DNA of 21,031 bases from a virus (taxonomy: Duplodnaviria > Heunggongvirae > Uroviricota > Caudoviricetes). Below the pieces are notes generated by a model that ran no database searches, was not told where the DNA came from, and saw nothing but the letters and a program-made list of their open reading frames with translations. The stretch spans positions 155,213 through 176,243 of IMG/VR virus record IMGVR_UViG_3300005613_000005; one strand, written 5' to 3'. This document shows positions 7,969 through 15,940 of this stretch, piece after piece (position 1 is the first letter of the stretch; every line of letters begins with the position of its first letter). The translations under genes and the position numbers were made by a program.

Positions 7969-8242
7969 CCTCGACCTCCTTCGCCTGTGCTTTTGCTCTG
8001 TCGATGATCCTGTCTACCTCAGCCCACACCGGTTTGTTGTCAGGATGCGGTTGTTCTATTTTTTCGTACGGCACACCGCGCAATAGACAGTATGCTATAT
8101 GCTTGTGTCTGGCATAGTAGCGTTTGTAGTACAGCCCGTCTACGAAACCGTACTTGCTGGATTTTCTTTGACTTTTAAGCTCGCGTATCTCAACGGCGAG
8201 CTGTTTAAGTTCTTGTTTTAATTTTTTGATTTGTTCTTTCAT
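7943..8242 (-). CDS. Basic helical hypothetical protein, first gene of the Pth2 operon
   Basis: Start probably ATG 8242 (GGAG SD, 6-nt spacer). Coiled-coil N-terminus, then ARHKHIAYCLLRGVPYEKIE. Overlaps the Pth2 start. Confidence 0.8.
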   Translation of the reverse strand: MKEQIKKLKQELKQLAVEIRELKSQRKSSKYGFVDGLYYKRYYARHKHIAYCLLRGVPYEKIEQPHPDNKPVWAEVDRIIDRAKAQAKEVEDEGLRRSA

Positions 8243-8246
8243 TGGT

Positions 8247-8293
8247 ATCTCCATAGTTAAAGTTGTTGAAACACTTTCGAATTCTATGGAGAT
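8247..8293 (-). promoter_or_regulatory. Anti-Shine-Dalgarno hairpin
   Basis: Perfect 10-bp IR ATCTCCATAG/CTATGGAGAT (8284-8293 with 8247-8256) plus inner AAAGT/ACTTT pairing; the 3' arm contains the GGAG SD of the 8242 gene. Confidence 0.8.
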
Positions 8294-8294
8294 T

Positions 8295-8321
8295 TTAAGG
8301 TGGTTTAAATTTCTACGTCAT
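8295..8321 (-). CDS. Leaderless leader mini-ORF M-T-(amber)-K-F-K-P-P-stop
   Basis: ATG ACG TAG AAA TTT AAA CCA CCT TAA; the ATG lies 6 nt after TATAAT and the TAA ends 1 nt before the hairpin. Confidence 0.65.
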
Positions 8322-8327
8322 ATTTAG

Positions 8328-8335
8328 ATTATACC
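8328..8335 (-). promoter_or_regulatory. -10 box GGTATAAT (leaderless start at 8321)
   Basis: Perfect TATAAT with the same 6-nt spacing to ATG seen at 9386, 11456 and 14185. Confidence 0.75.
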
Positions 8336-8905
8336 TTATTTTTCAGTAAAACAATTCTTTTTTAAATTATCTGCGGCCCATAACGGCTGTAAATTACTAT
8401 AATGACAGGCTTTCTTAAATTCAATAGGATCCGATAGATTAAATTGACTAAGAGGAATAATATGGTCTATATGCCAGCCGTCACGTGAATGATTATCCCA
8501 AGTCATCCCTGGTTGCCATTTGGATTCTATATATTTTTTAAATTGTTCTATACTGCAGCCTAGATCTTTAACTGCCGAACCAGTCTTATAATTATTTATT
8601 AATGCTTGCTGTAATCGACTACGCAGATTAACTTTAATTTTATATAGTATATCGGTATCATATTGTTTCTTACTTAATTTTCGCTTATATTCGCGTCTAT
8701 ATTCTTTATTGTTTTTTGTCCATTGTTTATGGTTTTTATAGGCAATATCTTTGTTGTTTTGATACCATTCAGCCATTTTTAGCTTTTCATACTGTTTATT
8801 ATTTGAATACCAATGATCTTTGCAGCATTTTTTGGAACAATATTTAGCTTTAGAACTTTTGTATATAAAATTAGTATTACAATGTAAACACTGTTTAATC
8901 TTCAT
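8336..8905 (-). CDS. Free-standing HNH homing endonuclease
   Basis: N-terminal CLHC/CSKKC zinc motif; GSAVKDLGCSIEQFK..WQPGMTWDN..WHIDHIIPLS..HYSNLQPLWAADNLKK. Start probably ATG 8905, overlapping the amidase end. Confidence 0.88.
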   Translation of the reverse strand: MKIKQCLHCNTNFIYKSSKAKYCSKKCCKDHWYSNNKQYEKLKMAEWYQNNKDIAYKNHKQWTKNNKEYRREYKRKLSKKQYDTDILYKIKVNLRSRLQQALINNYKTGSAVKDLGCSIEQFKKYIESKWQPGMTWDNHSRDGWHIDHIIPLSQFNLSDPIEFKKACHYSNLQPLWAADNLKKNCFTEK

Positions 8906-9386
8906 CGTCGCCGGAAAACACTTGATTTTCAATATCTATTAGACTTATTTCGATTTCATCGTCTGATGGACCATCAGGCAAATATTCTTCGGTTCGCAGT
9001 GATTTTCGTAACTCTGCCATATCAAGATTCGGACATGTTTTTCCTGAATATAGTTCATAATGGCCTACAACATCATCGACTGAAAGATCATAGTTTTTCA
9101 TAAGTCCACGTAAGATACGATCTAGAGTTTTCTTCTGTTCCTCGGTTATCTCATCGATACCTACCCATACTATGCCCACAGAATCACGGTTATGACCTTT
9201 TACATGGGCACCGATCTGAGATTCGGGACGACCTTGTTCACACTTGCCATCGCGACGGATAACCCAATGATAACCTACGTCGTTAAAGCCTCGCTGCTTA
9301 TGCCATTCGCGTATTTCTTTTACACCGATATCCATAGTATCAGGACTAGCTGAGCAATGAACAACAATTTTCTTGATCTTTCTCAT
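8895..9386 (-). CDS. N-acetylmuramoyl-L-alanine amidase (T7 lysozyme-like endolysin)
   Basis: IVVHCSA, WHKQRGFNDVGYHWVIRRDG, GRP..IGAHVKGHN, GHYEL..KTCP zinc-amidase motifs; acidic C-terminal tail. Confidence 0.93.
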   Translation of the reverse strand: MRKIKKIVVHCSASPDTMDIGVKEIREWHKQRGFNDVGYHWVIRRDGKCEQGRPESQIGAHVKGHNRDSVGIVWVGIDEITEEQKKTLDRILRGLMKNYDLSVDDVVGHYELYSGKTCPNLDMAELRKSLRTEEYLPDGPSDDEIEISLIDIENQVFSGDDED

Positions 9387-9392
9387 GATTCT

Positions 9393-9400
9393 ATTATACC
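9393..9400 (-). promoter_or_regulatory. -10 box GGTATAAT, leaderless amidase mRNA
   Basis: TATAAT-AGAATC-ATG; no SD. Confidence 0.7.
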
Positions 9401-9405
9401 AGATA

Positions 9406-9612
9406 TCACTTATTTTTAAGAATTATATCGTCTATATTTGTTTCTGGTTGGAAATGCTCGAACATCTTACGAAATATCCGTTTGAGCGCGTACTGCAAGT
9501 TATCCAATACATCACAGGCATCACCAAATTTAATGTTATGTATCATAGCATCTATCTCAGATTCTATTTCTTCTAGTATCTCATCTTTTGACTTATCAGA
9601 ATAATAGATCAT
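9406..9612 (-). CDS. Hypothetical protein
   Basis: 68-aa ORF in a run of overlapping minus-strand genes. Confidence 0.65.
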   Translation of the reverse strand: MIYYSDKSKDEILEEIESEIDAMIHNIKFGDACDVLDNLQYALKRIFRKMFEHFQPETNIDDIILKNK

Positions 9613-9802
9613 CTATCTTCCTGTAACCATAGTTCATCAACTCGTATTTCGATATCTTTACTGGTATTTCGCATTCTAATACGCATATTCCCCATTCACA
9701 GTGAGGATAGAAGTATATCTCTAAGATCTCGTTGTCTTTTTGCCATGTAGTTTTTGTTCTCGGATGACCGTTCAAAATATCGTCCATGCTGCACATCTCC
9801 AT
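9596..9802 (-). CDS. Hypothetical protein
   Basis: 68-aa ORF with AAGGAG SD. Confidence 0.65.
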   Translation of the reverse strand: MEMCSMDDILNGHPRTKTTWQKDNEILEIYFYPHCEWGICVLECEIPVKISKYELMNYGYRKIDDLLF

Positions 9803-9803
9803 G

Positions 9804-10070
9804 TTATCTCCTTGATTTTATAGCAACTTTGCATCTATGATTGATGTAGTCTAACGCTTCTTGTTTGGTTACTGGGCAGGGATAATCGCGTTTCAACCAT
9901 ATACATACCTTATGCGCCCTTATTTCCTTATCTTCTCGTATTATTTCGAGCATGCATTGTATTCTTGATAATCTTTCGTTAACTTGTTTTAAATCTTGAT
10001 GCGCTCGTTCAAGGTCGTTGGAGGTGTTGCACGATACCATAAACAACAATAAAACAATCAGTGTTTTCAT
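9804..10070 (-). CDS. Putative lipoprotein
   Basis: MKTLIVLLLFMVSC lipobox-like signal; AAGGAG SD. Confidence 0.7.
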   Translation of the reverse strand: MKTLIVLLLFMVSCNTSNDLERAHQDLKQVNERLSRIQCMLEIIREDKEIRAHKVCIWLKRDYPCPVTKQEALDYINHRCKVAIKSRR

Positions 10071-11456
10071 CTATATCTCCTTTATCTTATCAGTGATCTC
10101 TCTATAATATCTCAACCTTTGGTCAGCATGTCTCGACAGCATGTCAGATCCCGTAGGACGATAGTCCAGAATGATGCAGTGAGTTTTATCGCCTTCTTTT
10201 CTGAGTCCTCTGCCGATGCACTGTAAAACTGGCCCCTTACCTGCTACAAAATTAGCGAGTATCAATACTTCAACGGGTTTAGTATTTACGCCCTCACCTA
10301 TCTTGCCATCAGTACCTACTAGACCCATGATCTTCTTGGCGTTGAAATCGTCTACGTAGCCCTGAGACTTCTTATCTTTGCCCGTCGCAAAAGGAATGCC
10401 GAGGACGCGTGAAAGCTCACGACCGTGAGCAACCTCGTCAACCAGGCACAGTACTCGTTTGCCGTTGGCCATAAATTTCTGCATATCGCTCTGTATCTGA
10501 TTCTTCATGGCGTCGCAGTTTAGAACATGGGACTTGTAGTTCTTGAGTTTATCATGCTTGTACTGCTTACAATGCCTAGTGTCTACATTTCTCATGAAAA
10601 ACACAGGTTGAGCCAACCACCCGTTCTTTACTCCCCAGATGACGTCCCTCTTAATCAGTATCTCACCGCAGCCCGCCGTCAACATGATATCTTTACCGTC
10701 TGACCTAAACGCGGTAGCCGTTAGACCGTACACCCTACCTACTTCTCCTAGCTGTTTCGCGATACTGTAAAAAGTATCGGCGCTTATGTGATGTCCTTCA
10801 TCGAATATAACCAATCCCAAGCCCTGTTCCTTGAATTTGTCGGCATGATTGTTGACGGACTGGGCTATACCAACAGTTATGCTTCTTATTTTTTGCTTAC
10901 CGTTACCGAAATAACCTATCTTGTTGCCGCCGAACGCCAAACACAGATCTTCGTAGAACTGATCCGCTATGTTCGTGCTGGGAACTACGATCAGCGTTTT
11001 CTTTCTAAACTCTCGTATAGCATGAACGGCCAGGAGAGTTTTTCCGAGAGCGGTGGCGAAATTGATTATGCCGCGGTGGTTCTCCTTCATTAATATAAGG
11101 GCTTCGTTTTGATAATCGCGAAGGTCAAATGGCTTGTTGATCCACGGTAGAGGTATGTCGTCTCCGGTGTCTGCTCGCCGATCTTCGATATCGACGTTCA
11201 TGTTTTTTATCAAAGTCGCAAAGCCAGATGCTAGAGCCAGGTGTCCATCTTTGAGTTTGTACAGTAGTGATTTATGCAGTTCTTGCCTTAACTCTTGATA
11301 CAGTACTGACCTTTTGAACCAAGATTTATCTTTGTTTTTTCTTAAGCGATATTCGATCGACTTATCTTTAAAGGTTAATAGTTTATTCAAGCGTTTTTCT
11401 ACGTCGACCGTAGGATCTTTCAAGACTATTACAGAATTTGTAATTATCGCTTTCAT
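10071..11456 (-). CDS. SF2 DExH-box helicase (UvsW/XPB-like)
   Basis: LRDYQ Q-motif, ATALGKT, IFDEGHH, GLTAT, GEGVNT, QCIGRGLR. True start probably ATG 11456, 6 nt after TATAAT. Ends in TAG. Confidence 0.92.
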   Translation of the reverse strand: MKAIITNSVIVLKDPTVDVEKRLNKLLTFKDKSIEYRLRKNKDKSWFKRSVLYQELRQELHKSLLYKLKDGHLALASGFATLIKNMNVDIEDRRADTGDDIPLPWINKPFDLRDYQNEALILMKENHRGIINFATALGKTLLAVHAIREFRKKTLIVVPSTNIADQFYEDLCLAFGGNKIGYFGNGKQKIRSITVGIAQSVNNHADKFKEQGLGLVIFDEGHHISADTFYSIAKQLGEVGRVYGLTATAFRSDGKDIMLTAGCGEILIKRDVIWGVKNGWLAQPVFFMRNVDTRHCKQYKHDKLKNYKSHVLNCDAMKNQIQSDMQKFMANGKRVLCLVDEVAHGRELSRVLGIPFATGKDKKSQGYVDDFNAKKIMGLVGTDGKIGEGVNTKPVEVLILANFVAGKGPVLQCIGRGLRKEGDKTHCIILDYRPTGSDMLSRHADQRLRYYREITDKIKEI

Positions 11457-11462
11457 GTATGT

Positions 11463-11529
11463 ATTATACAGGTATAAAAATATTAAGGCACATGCCTGGC
11501 AGACCACACAAAAATTACGGTTGTAGAAT
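11463..11529. promoter_or_regulatory. Divergent promoter region
   Basis: Minus-strand TGTATAAT (11470-11463) and plus-strand TGTAGAAT (11522-11529) lie at the strand switch. Confidence 0.65.
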
Positions 11530-11569
11530 ATTTTTGTAGATTTTTTAAAAACATTTTTTTGGAGGCTTC

Positions 11570-11761
11570 ATGCAAAGTTTTGCTGGTAAGATCAAAGACA
11601 GTCTTTGGTGGTGGTTATCCCGCAACAAATCTTTCAACATCAATGACGAGTATAAACTAGAACTTCTCTACATCGATAAGAATAATAACTCAGCAAAGAT
11701 CAAGATCACTAACTTAAAGAGTAACAAAGAAGTAATCCTAGATCAGGACGCTGCTGTATGA
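11570..11761 (+). CDS. Small hypothetical protein
   Basis: GGAGG SD; ATGA overlap with the next gene. Confidence 0.7.
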   Translation: MQSFAGKIKDSLWWWLSRNKSFNINDEYKLELLYIDKNNNSAKIKITNLKSNKEVILDQDAAV

Positions 11762-12285
11762 GCAAGTCTGATGCTAGACGAGCTAAACTGATAGTTGAAC
11801 GATGGGCAAGCGAATTGGTCCTCAAAGCTAGCAGTGAAAGAAGTCGTCATAAAGTAACTGAAAACTTCGACAACGTGTTCTACGATCTGTGGAAAGCTAG
11901 TATCCCGTTTGATATCGTCCATGATATGATGTCGACTATAATCTCCCATCATTTTCCATCACAGATAGTTGCCAAACGCACGTACCAGAACTTGAAACAA
12001 CAGATGGGTGGAAAAACCTTCATAGAGTTTTTAGAAGATTGGAAAGAAGGCATAAAGAACAAAGCTTACCAATCGTTCTACGCATTGTATCCCATAGACG
12101 GTGAGATGCAACAAGAAGAGAAAAAATACGGGAACATGTCTGCGCAGGAATACAGTAAACAGCGTAAGTACGCGGAATCGTTTCCTCAACTAGACATAGA
12201 CAAATTAAAAAAGCAGAGAGAAAAGATGCAGAACAACCTGGACGTTGATCTCAACAACCTGGAGGACGAAGATGGCAAAGATTGA
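11758..12285 (+). CDS. Hypothetical protein, possibly replication-associated
   Basis: 175-aa ORF overlapping the DnaB-like gene; function inferred from position only. Confidence 0.7.
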   Translation: MSKSDARRAKLIVERWASELVLKASSERSRHKVTENFDNVFYDLWKASIPFDIVHDMMSTIISHHFPSQIVAKRTYQNLKQQMGGKTFIEFLEDWKEGIKNKAYQSFYALYPIDGEMQQEEKKYGNMSAQEYSKQRKYAESFPQLDIDKLKKQREKMQNNLDVDLNNLEDEDGKD

Positions 12286-13294
12286 TCCTAGAGAAGTAGA
12301 CGCCATCTTGAAACAGGGTGGTTACGGCACACAGTCTGAGATAGACGAGATGGATATTTCTTTGGACGAGCTCGACAAGTTCGGCGATAGAAATAGTCTC
12401 AGCGAGATATACACGGACATATCAAAGTACAACCAGATGCTGAAAGAACGGATAACGTTCTGCAACGATGATCTTACAGAAGCTATCCCCTTTACACGAG
12501 AAAACCTGTATTTGATATGTGCATATTCTGGGAACGGGAAATCAACGATAGCGGCAAATGTCTCGTTTCCGCTGTGGAAACAAGGTAAAAAAACGTTGGT
12601 TATAGCGAACGAAGAACCAAAACAAGACATCTTGTTTAGGATAGGGTGTCTAGAACTTGGACTCAACTTTAACGACTATAAAAAAGGAAGAATGCCCGCT
12701 GAACAGCAAGTAAAAGTAGCCCAACTGTTCCCTGAGATATCGCGACATGTTAAGATATTGGACGTCAACTACAAGAGTGGTCTGACTACTAAGGTAGAAG
12801 GTGTTAAGAACGCTCTCAAGGCAGTTCAAAGTGCTGACTATTCTTGCGCGATGATTGACTACTATCAGTTGGTCAAATATTCTGTCGAACGTCCCAACGC
12901 CAAAACGTACGACGTCCTGAACGATCTTAGGATATGGCTGGGACGATATATCAAGAATTCTAAGGTACCAATAGTAATATTCGCACAACTGCACTCCTTA
13001 GGTAAGAGAAACAACAAAGATTTAGACAGTCGCATCAAAGACGGACCGACCATATATGAGACCGCGACCGTGGTCATAGAAGTTATTCCAAATTTTGATG
13101 ATAGAACGAGTGATTTTCTTATCCATAAAGATCGCTTTGGACTCAGTGGAACCAGGATAAGTTGTGGTTTTCAAAATGGTCGATACATAAAATTAACTGA
13201 TGAGTTTAAACAGAAGATAACTGATCGCAAGTTAGATAAGATAGTTAAAGACAGTGAAAAACATCAATCAGAGGTCAACGATGATAAGTACTAA
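12272..13294 (+). CDS. DnaB-like (SF4) replicative helicase
   Basis: Walker A AYSGNGKST, IANEE, Walker B MIDYYQL, FAQL, HKDRFG. ATG 12272 follows GGAGG. Confidence 0.88.
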   Translation: MAKIDPREVDAILKQGGYGTQSEIDEMDISLDELDKFGDRNSLSEIYTDISKYNQMLKERITFCNDDLTEAIPFTRENLYLICAYSGNGKSTIAANVSFPLWKQGKKTLVIANEEPKQDILFRIGCLELGLNFNDYKKGRMPAEQQVKVAQLFPEISRHVKILDVNYKSGLTTKVEGVKNALKAVQSADYSCAMIDYYQLVKYSVERPNAKTYDVLNDLRIWLGRYIKNSKVPIVIFAQLHSLGKRNNKDLDSRIKDGPTIYETATVVIEVIPNFDDRTSDFLIHKDRFGLSGTRISCGFQNGRYIKLTDEFKQKITDRKLDKIVKDSEKHQSEVNDDKY

Positions 13295-14153
13295 AAAATG
13301 CTTGATTTGTAAGGACGGTCGTAAGAATAATTGCTTACATTGGCATCGCGATCCAGATACTGGTGATATATGGGTATATTGCGTGGGAAAATGTCAGAGA
13401 GGATATTCTCTGAGGTCATATTGTCATGAGGCAGGGATCTCGCTACCTGAATTTCTTAAGGGAGATTTCGATTTCATAGAAGCTCGTCCCAACGAAGTCA
13501 ACGAGATGGATTTTCCACATTGGTTCGTCACGCTTTCTGATCCTCGTGCTGCTAAAGGTGTTGAGTACATCAAATCGCGCGGGCTAACGTTAGACGGTGA
13601 CATGTACTATGATACTGATCAAGAAGGGATAGTATTTCCTTATTATTTTCACAACACGTTCTGCGGTGCGCAGGTGCGTTTCATAGAGCCAAGGATCACC
13701 GAAGACGGCGATGAATGGAAGATAACGACCATGTCGGGAACACGTATCGGACTACTCTTTTATGGGTGGAATCAAGGTAAATTTGTTACTAATATTCAAG
13801 GAATTATTGTGACAGAAGGAGCATTTAATGCCATTGCCATACAACAATCATTAAATCAATTATATGGAGGTATCAGCAAAAATCCTTGGAGAGTTGTGGC
13901 ATGTTCAGGTTCTGGTGCAACTAAGCATCACGTAGAAACTATAAAAGAATTAAAAGATTCTAATATTAAAGTAATCTTGGCTTTTGACTCAGATGAAGCA
14001 GGCTTAAAAGGTTTTAAAAAATTTGTTAAAGGACAAGCGATAACACACTATATTTTTACTGAAAACGCTAACAAAGATTGGAATGATATGTTGAAAGAAT
14101 TAGGTCATAAAAAATTTGCACAATATTTTATAAATAAGATTAAAAAAATATAA
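13281..14153 (+). CDS. DNA primase (Zn-binding plus TOPRIM)
   Basis: N-terminal CLIC...CVGKC, YIKSRGL, IVFPY, VTEGAFNA, LAFDSDEAG, KDWND. Confidence 0.9.
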   Translation: MISTKKCLICKDGRKNNCLHWHRDPDTGDIWVYCVGKCQRGYSLRSYCHEAGISLPEFLKGDFDFIEARPNEVNEMDFPHWFVTLSDPRAAKGVEYIKSRGLTLDGDMYYDTDQEGIVFPYYFHNTFCGAQVRFIEPRITEDGDEWKITTMSGTRIGLLFYGWNQGKFVTNIQGIIVTEGAFNAIAIQQSLNQLYGGISKNPWRVVACSGSGATKHHVETIKELKDSNIKVILAFDSDEAGLKGFKKFVKGQAITHYIFTENANKDWNDMLKELGHKKFAQYFINKIKKI

Positions 14154-14170
14154 AACCTAATTTAATTCCT

Positions 14171-14178
14171 AGTATAAT
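14171..14178 (+). promoter_or_regulatory. -10 box AGTATAAT, leaderless HNH mRNA
   Basis: TATAAT-AATACA-ATG(14185); no SD. Confidence 0.7.
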
Positions 14179-14184
14179 AATACA

Positions 14185-15075
14185 ATGACACACACACAAA
14201 AAATGAAAACCAAATATCCTAAACTTACAAACGTTGATTTTTCTAATTTTATAATTAAAAACGATAATCAAAAATATTATTCAACAAAATGTCTTAAATG
14301 TAGTGCAGATAGAGGATATCAACGTCCTAGATTTGCTAATAGATTGTGTAATGAATGCAGCAAACAACAACAAATTATTCGACATATTAAACATAACAAT
14401 GTTAACATAAATGATTTTATAATTAAAATGCAAGGAAAAAATAAGAGGCCACAACGGTTTTATAGATCCTCATGTCACGGTTGCGGTAAAGATAGGGGAT
14501 ATATTGAACCTAAAAATTTTAATAAAAAATGCCTATCATGTATAAAAACGAAACATTCTATGCAGTTACAAAATGTCAACTATGAATCAAAAACTAAAGA
14601 AAAATATAAAGTTGCGAAATATGAAATATTTTGCCCTAAATGCGGTATCAGTAAAGGAATACTTCCTATTACATATCATAATAGATTATGTAAGCAGTGT
14701 AGTAATAATGTAATTCGTATAAAAAAAACTAAAAATACGCCAACTCAACGAAGATTAAAATCTAGATTTTCAGCACGAATTAATGATCGATTAATGAAAA
14801 ACACCGGCTGTGGAAATTATATATTTAAAGAAGTAGGATATACTTTTCAAGAGCTTAAACAACACATTGAATCATTATGGGAACCATGGATGAATTGGAA
14901 TAATTGGGGCAGATATGATCCTAATAATAGAACATGGCAAATAGACCATATAATTCCTGATAGTAGTTTTACTTATACATCATACAAAGATTTAGATTTT
15001 AAAAAAAGTTGGGCTCTTAAAAATTTACAACCATTAGAAGCTTATAAAAATCTTCAAAAAGGCAACAAGATATGA
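14185..15075 (+). CDS. HNH homing endonuclease with three tandem zinc-finger repeats
   Basis: Three CxxC..(R/K)G..CxxC repeats; C-terminal ELKQHIESLWEPWMNWNNWG..WQIDHIIPDS..WALKNLQPLEAYKNLQKG. Very AT-rich. Confidence 0.88.
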   Translation: MTHTQKMKTKYPKLTNVDFSNFIIKNDNQKYYSTKCLKCSADRGYQRPRFANRLCNECSKQQQIIRHIKHNNVNINDFIIKMQGKNKRPQRFYRSSCHGCGKDRGYIEPKNFNKKCLSCIKTKHSMQLQNVNYESKTKEKYKVAKYEIFCPKCGISKGILPITYHNRLCKQCSNNVIRIKKTKNTPTQRRLKSRFSARINDRLMKNTGCGNYIFKEVGYTFQELKQHIESLWEPWMNWNNWGRYDPNNRTWQIDHIIPDSSFTYTSYKDLDFKKSWALKNLQPLEAYKNLQKGNKI

Positions 15076-15446
15076 GCCGCAAAGACATCCTCGACAAGAT
15101 CAACAGACGAGCTAAACGAATCGAGTATCTAAAAAAGAACACCCGTTCCAAAACCTATCGTCAGTACGTACTAGAGTTCCTGGAGAAAGTAGACGAAGTA
15201 CGCTTACAAGATATCGACGAGATAGATTTCATGGTAGCGATAGATTCAGCGGCCACAATGTTGCTGGCACGATTGAGTACCATAGATCACGGCGTAAATG
15301 CTGAGGTTATATGGAACAACCCTGACCACTATAAGGATCTTAGGGCGGTAGGCGTGACCATATATTGGTCTAAGGAATATCGTGTTTTATATCCAGACGC
15401 CAATCCAGAAGAGTTCGTTGATGTTACGGAACTTTTATTCGAATGA
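15072..15446 (+). CDS. Hypothetical protein
   Basis: 124-aa ORF with ATGA overlap; codon style returns to that of the core genes. Confidence 0.75.
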   Translation: MSRKDILDKINRRAKRIEYLKKNTRSKTYRQYVLEFLEKVDEVRLQDIDEIDFMVAIDSAATMLLARLSTIDHGVNAEVIWNNPDHYKDLRAVGVTIYWSKEYRVLYPDANPEEFVDVTELLFE

Positions 15447-15500
15447 ACGTTCGATATTAGTTAATTTTATAGTTATTATATGTAAAATAAAGTTCATCAC

Positions 15501-15940
15501 GCTAATTTCAAGATGTTGGCTTTCAGAAGTTTTTTAGGCCTTAATATTTTTCTTTAAAAAATCATAATAGTAAGGTCCTATAAACGATTTAGATTTAACA
15601 TAATATGCATCTTTTTCTATTAAAGCTAATAACTTGTATAATCTATCTTTAGTACAATTTTTATAACCCGCAACAGTGGTTTTTCTCCTTCTAAAGTTAA
15701 AACTTCTTCAAAAAGCCTTATAACAAAAGTCCATAATCCATTATTTTCTTTCAAATAACATAAAACTCCTGTATAAATAATATTATTTACAGAAATTGAA
15801 ACTTTATCTCCTGTATTAAACTTCATTATTTATATTCTACCTTAAGTACCTTGCAATCTATTCCATTTTTCCAAACTTAGCACAAAGTAGATCTAATTTT
15901 TTGGCTAATTTCAAGATGTTAGCTTTTTCTTTCTCAGAAG
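15501..15940. repeat. Direct repeat (15501-15529 and 15904-15940) of a peptidase-gene segment
   Basis: GCTAATTTCAAGATGTT(G/A)GCTTT is 22/23 identical and is followed by CAGAAG in both copies (8-nt gap in the left copy); encodes KANILKLA on the minus strand. Confidence 0.85.
15626..15826 (-). CDS. Small hypothetical protein, possibly a frameshifted remnant
   Basis: MKFNTGDKVSI start 7 nt after GGTAGAAT; ends in TAG. Other frames stay open over part of 15534-15700. Confidence 0.45.
   Translation of the reverse strand: MKFNTGDKVSISVNNIIYTGVLCYLKENNGLWTFVIRLFEEVLTLEGEKPLLRVIKIVLKIDYTSY

Noticed and set aside
1-10070. Spanin assignment for the 1-267 membrane protein and the lipoproteins at 2865-3125 and 9804-10070
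   Set aside because: Topology is compatible, but no adjacent i-/o-spanin pair is visible, so they are left as generic calls.
3164-15075. HNH genes as group I intron or intein passengers
   Set aside because: Flanking genes are complete, spacers are too short for an intron core, and no intein termini are seen.
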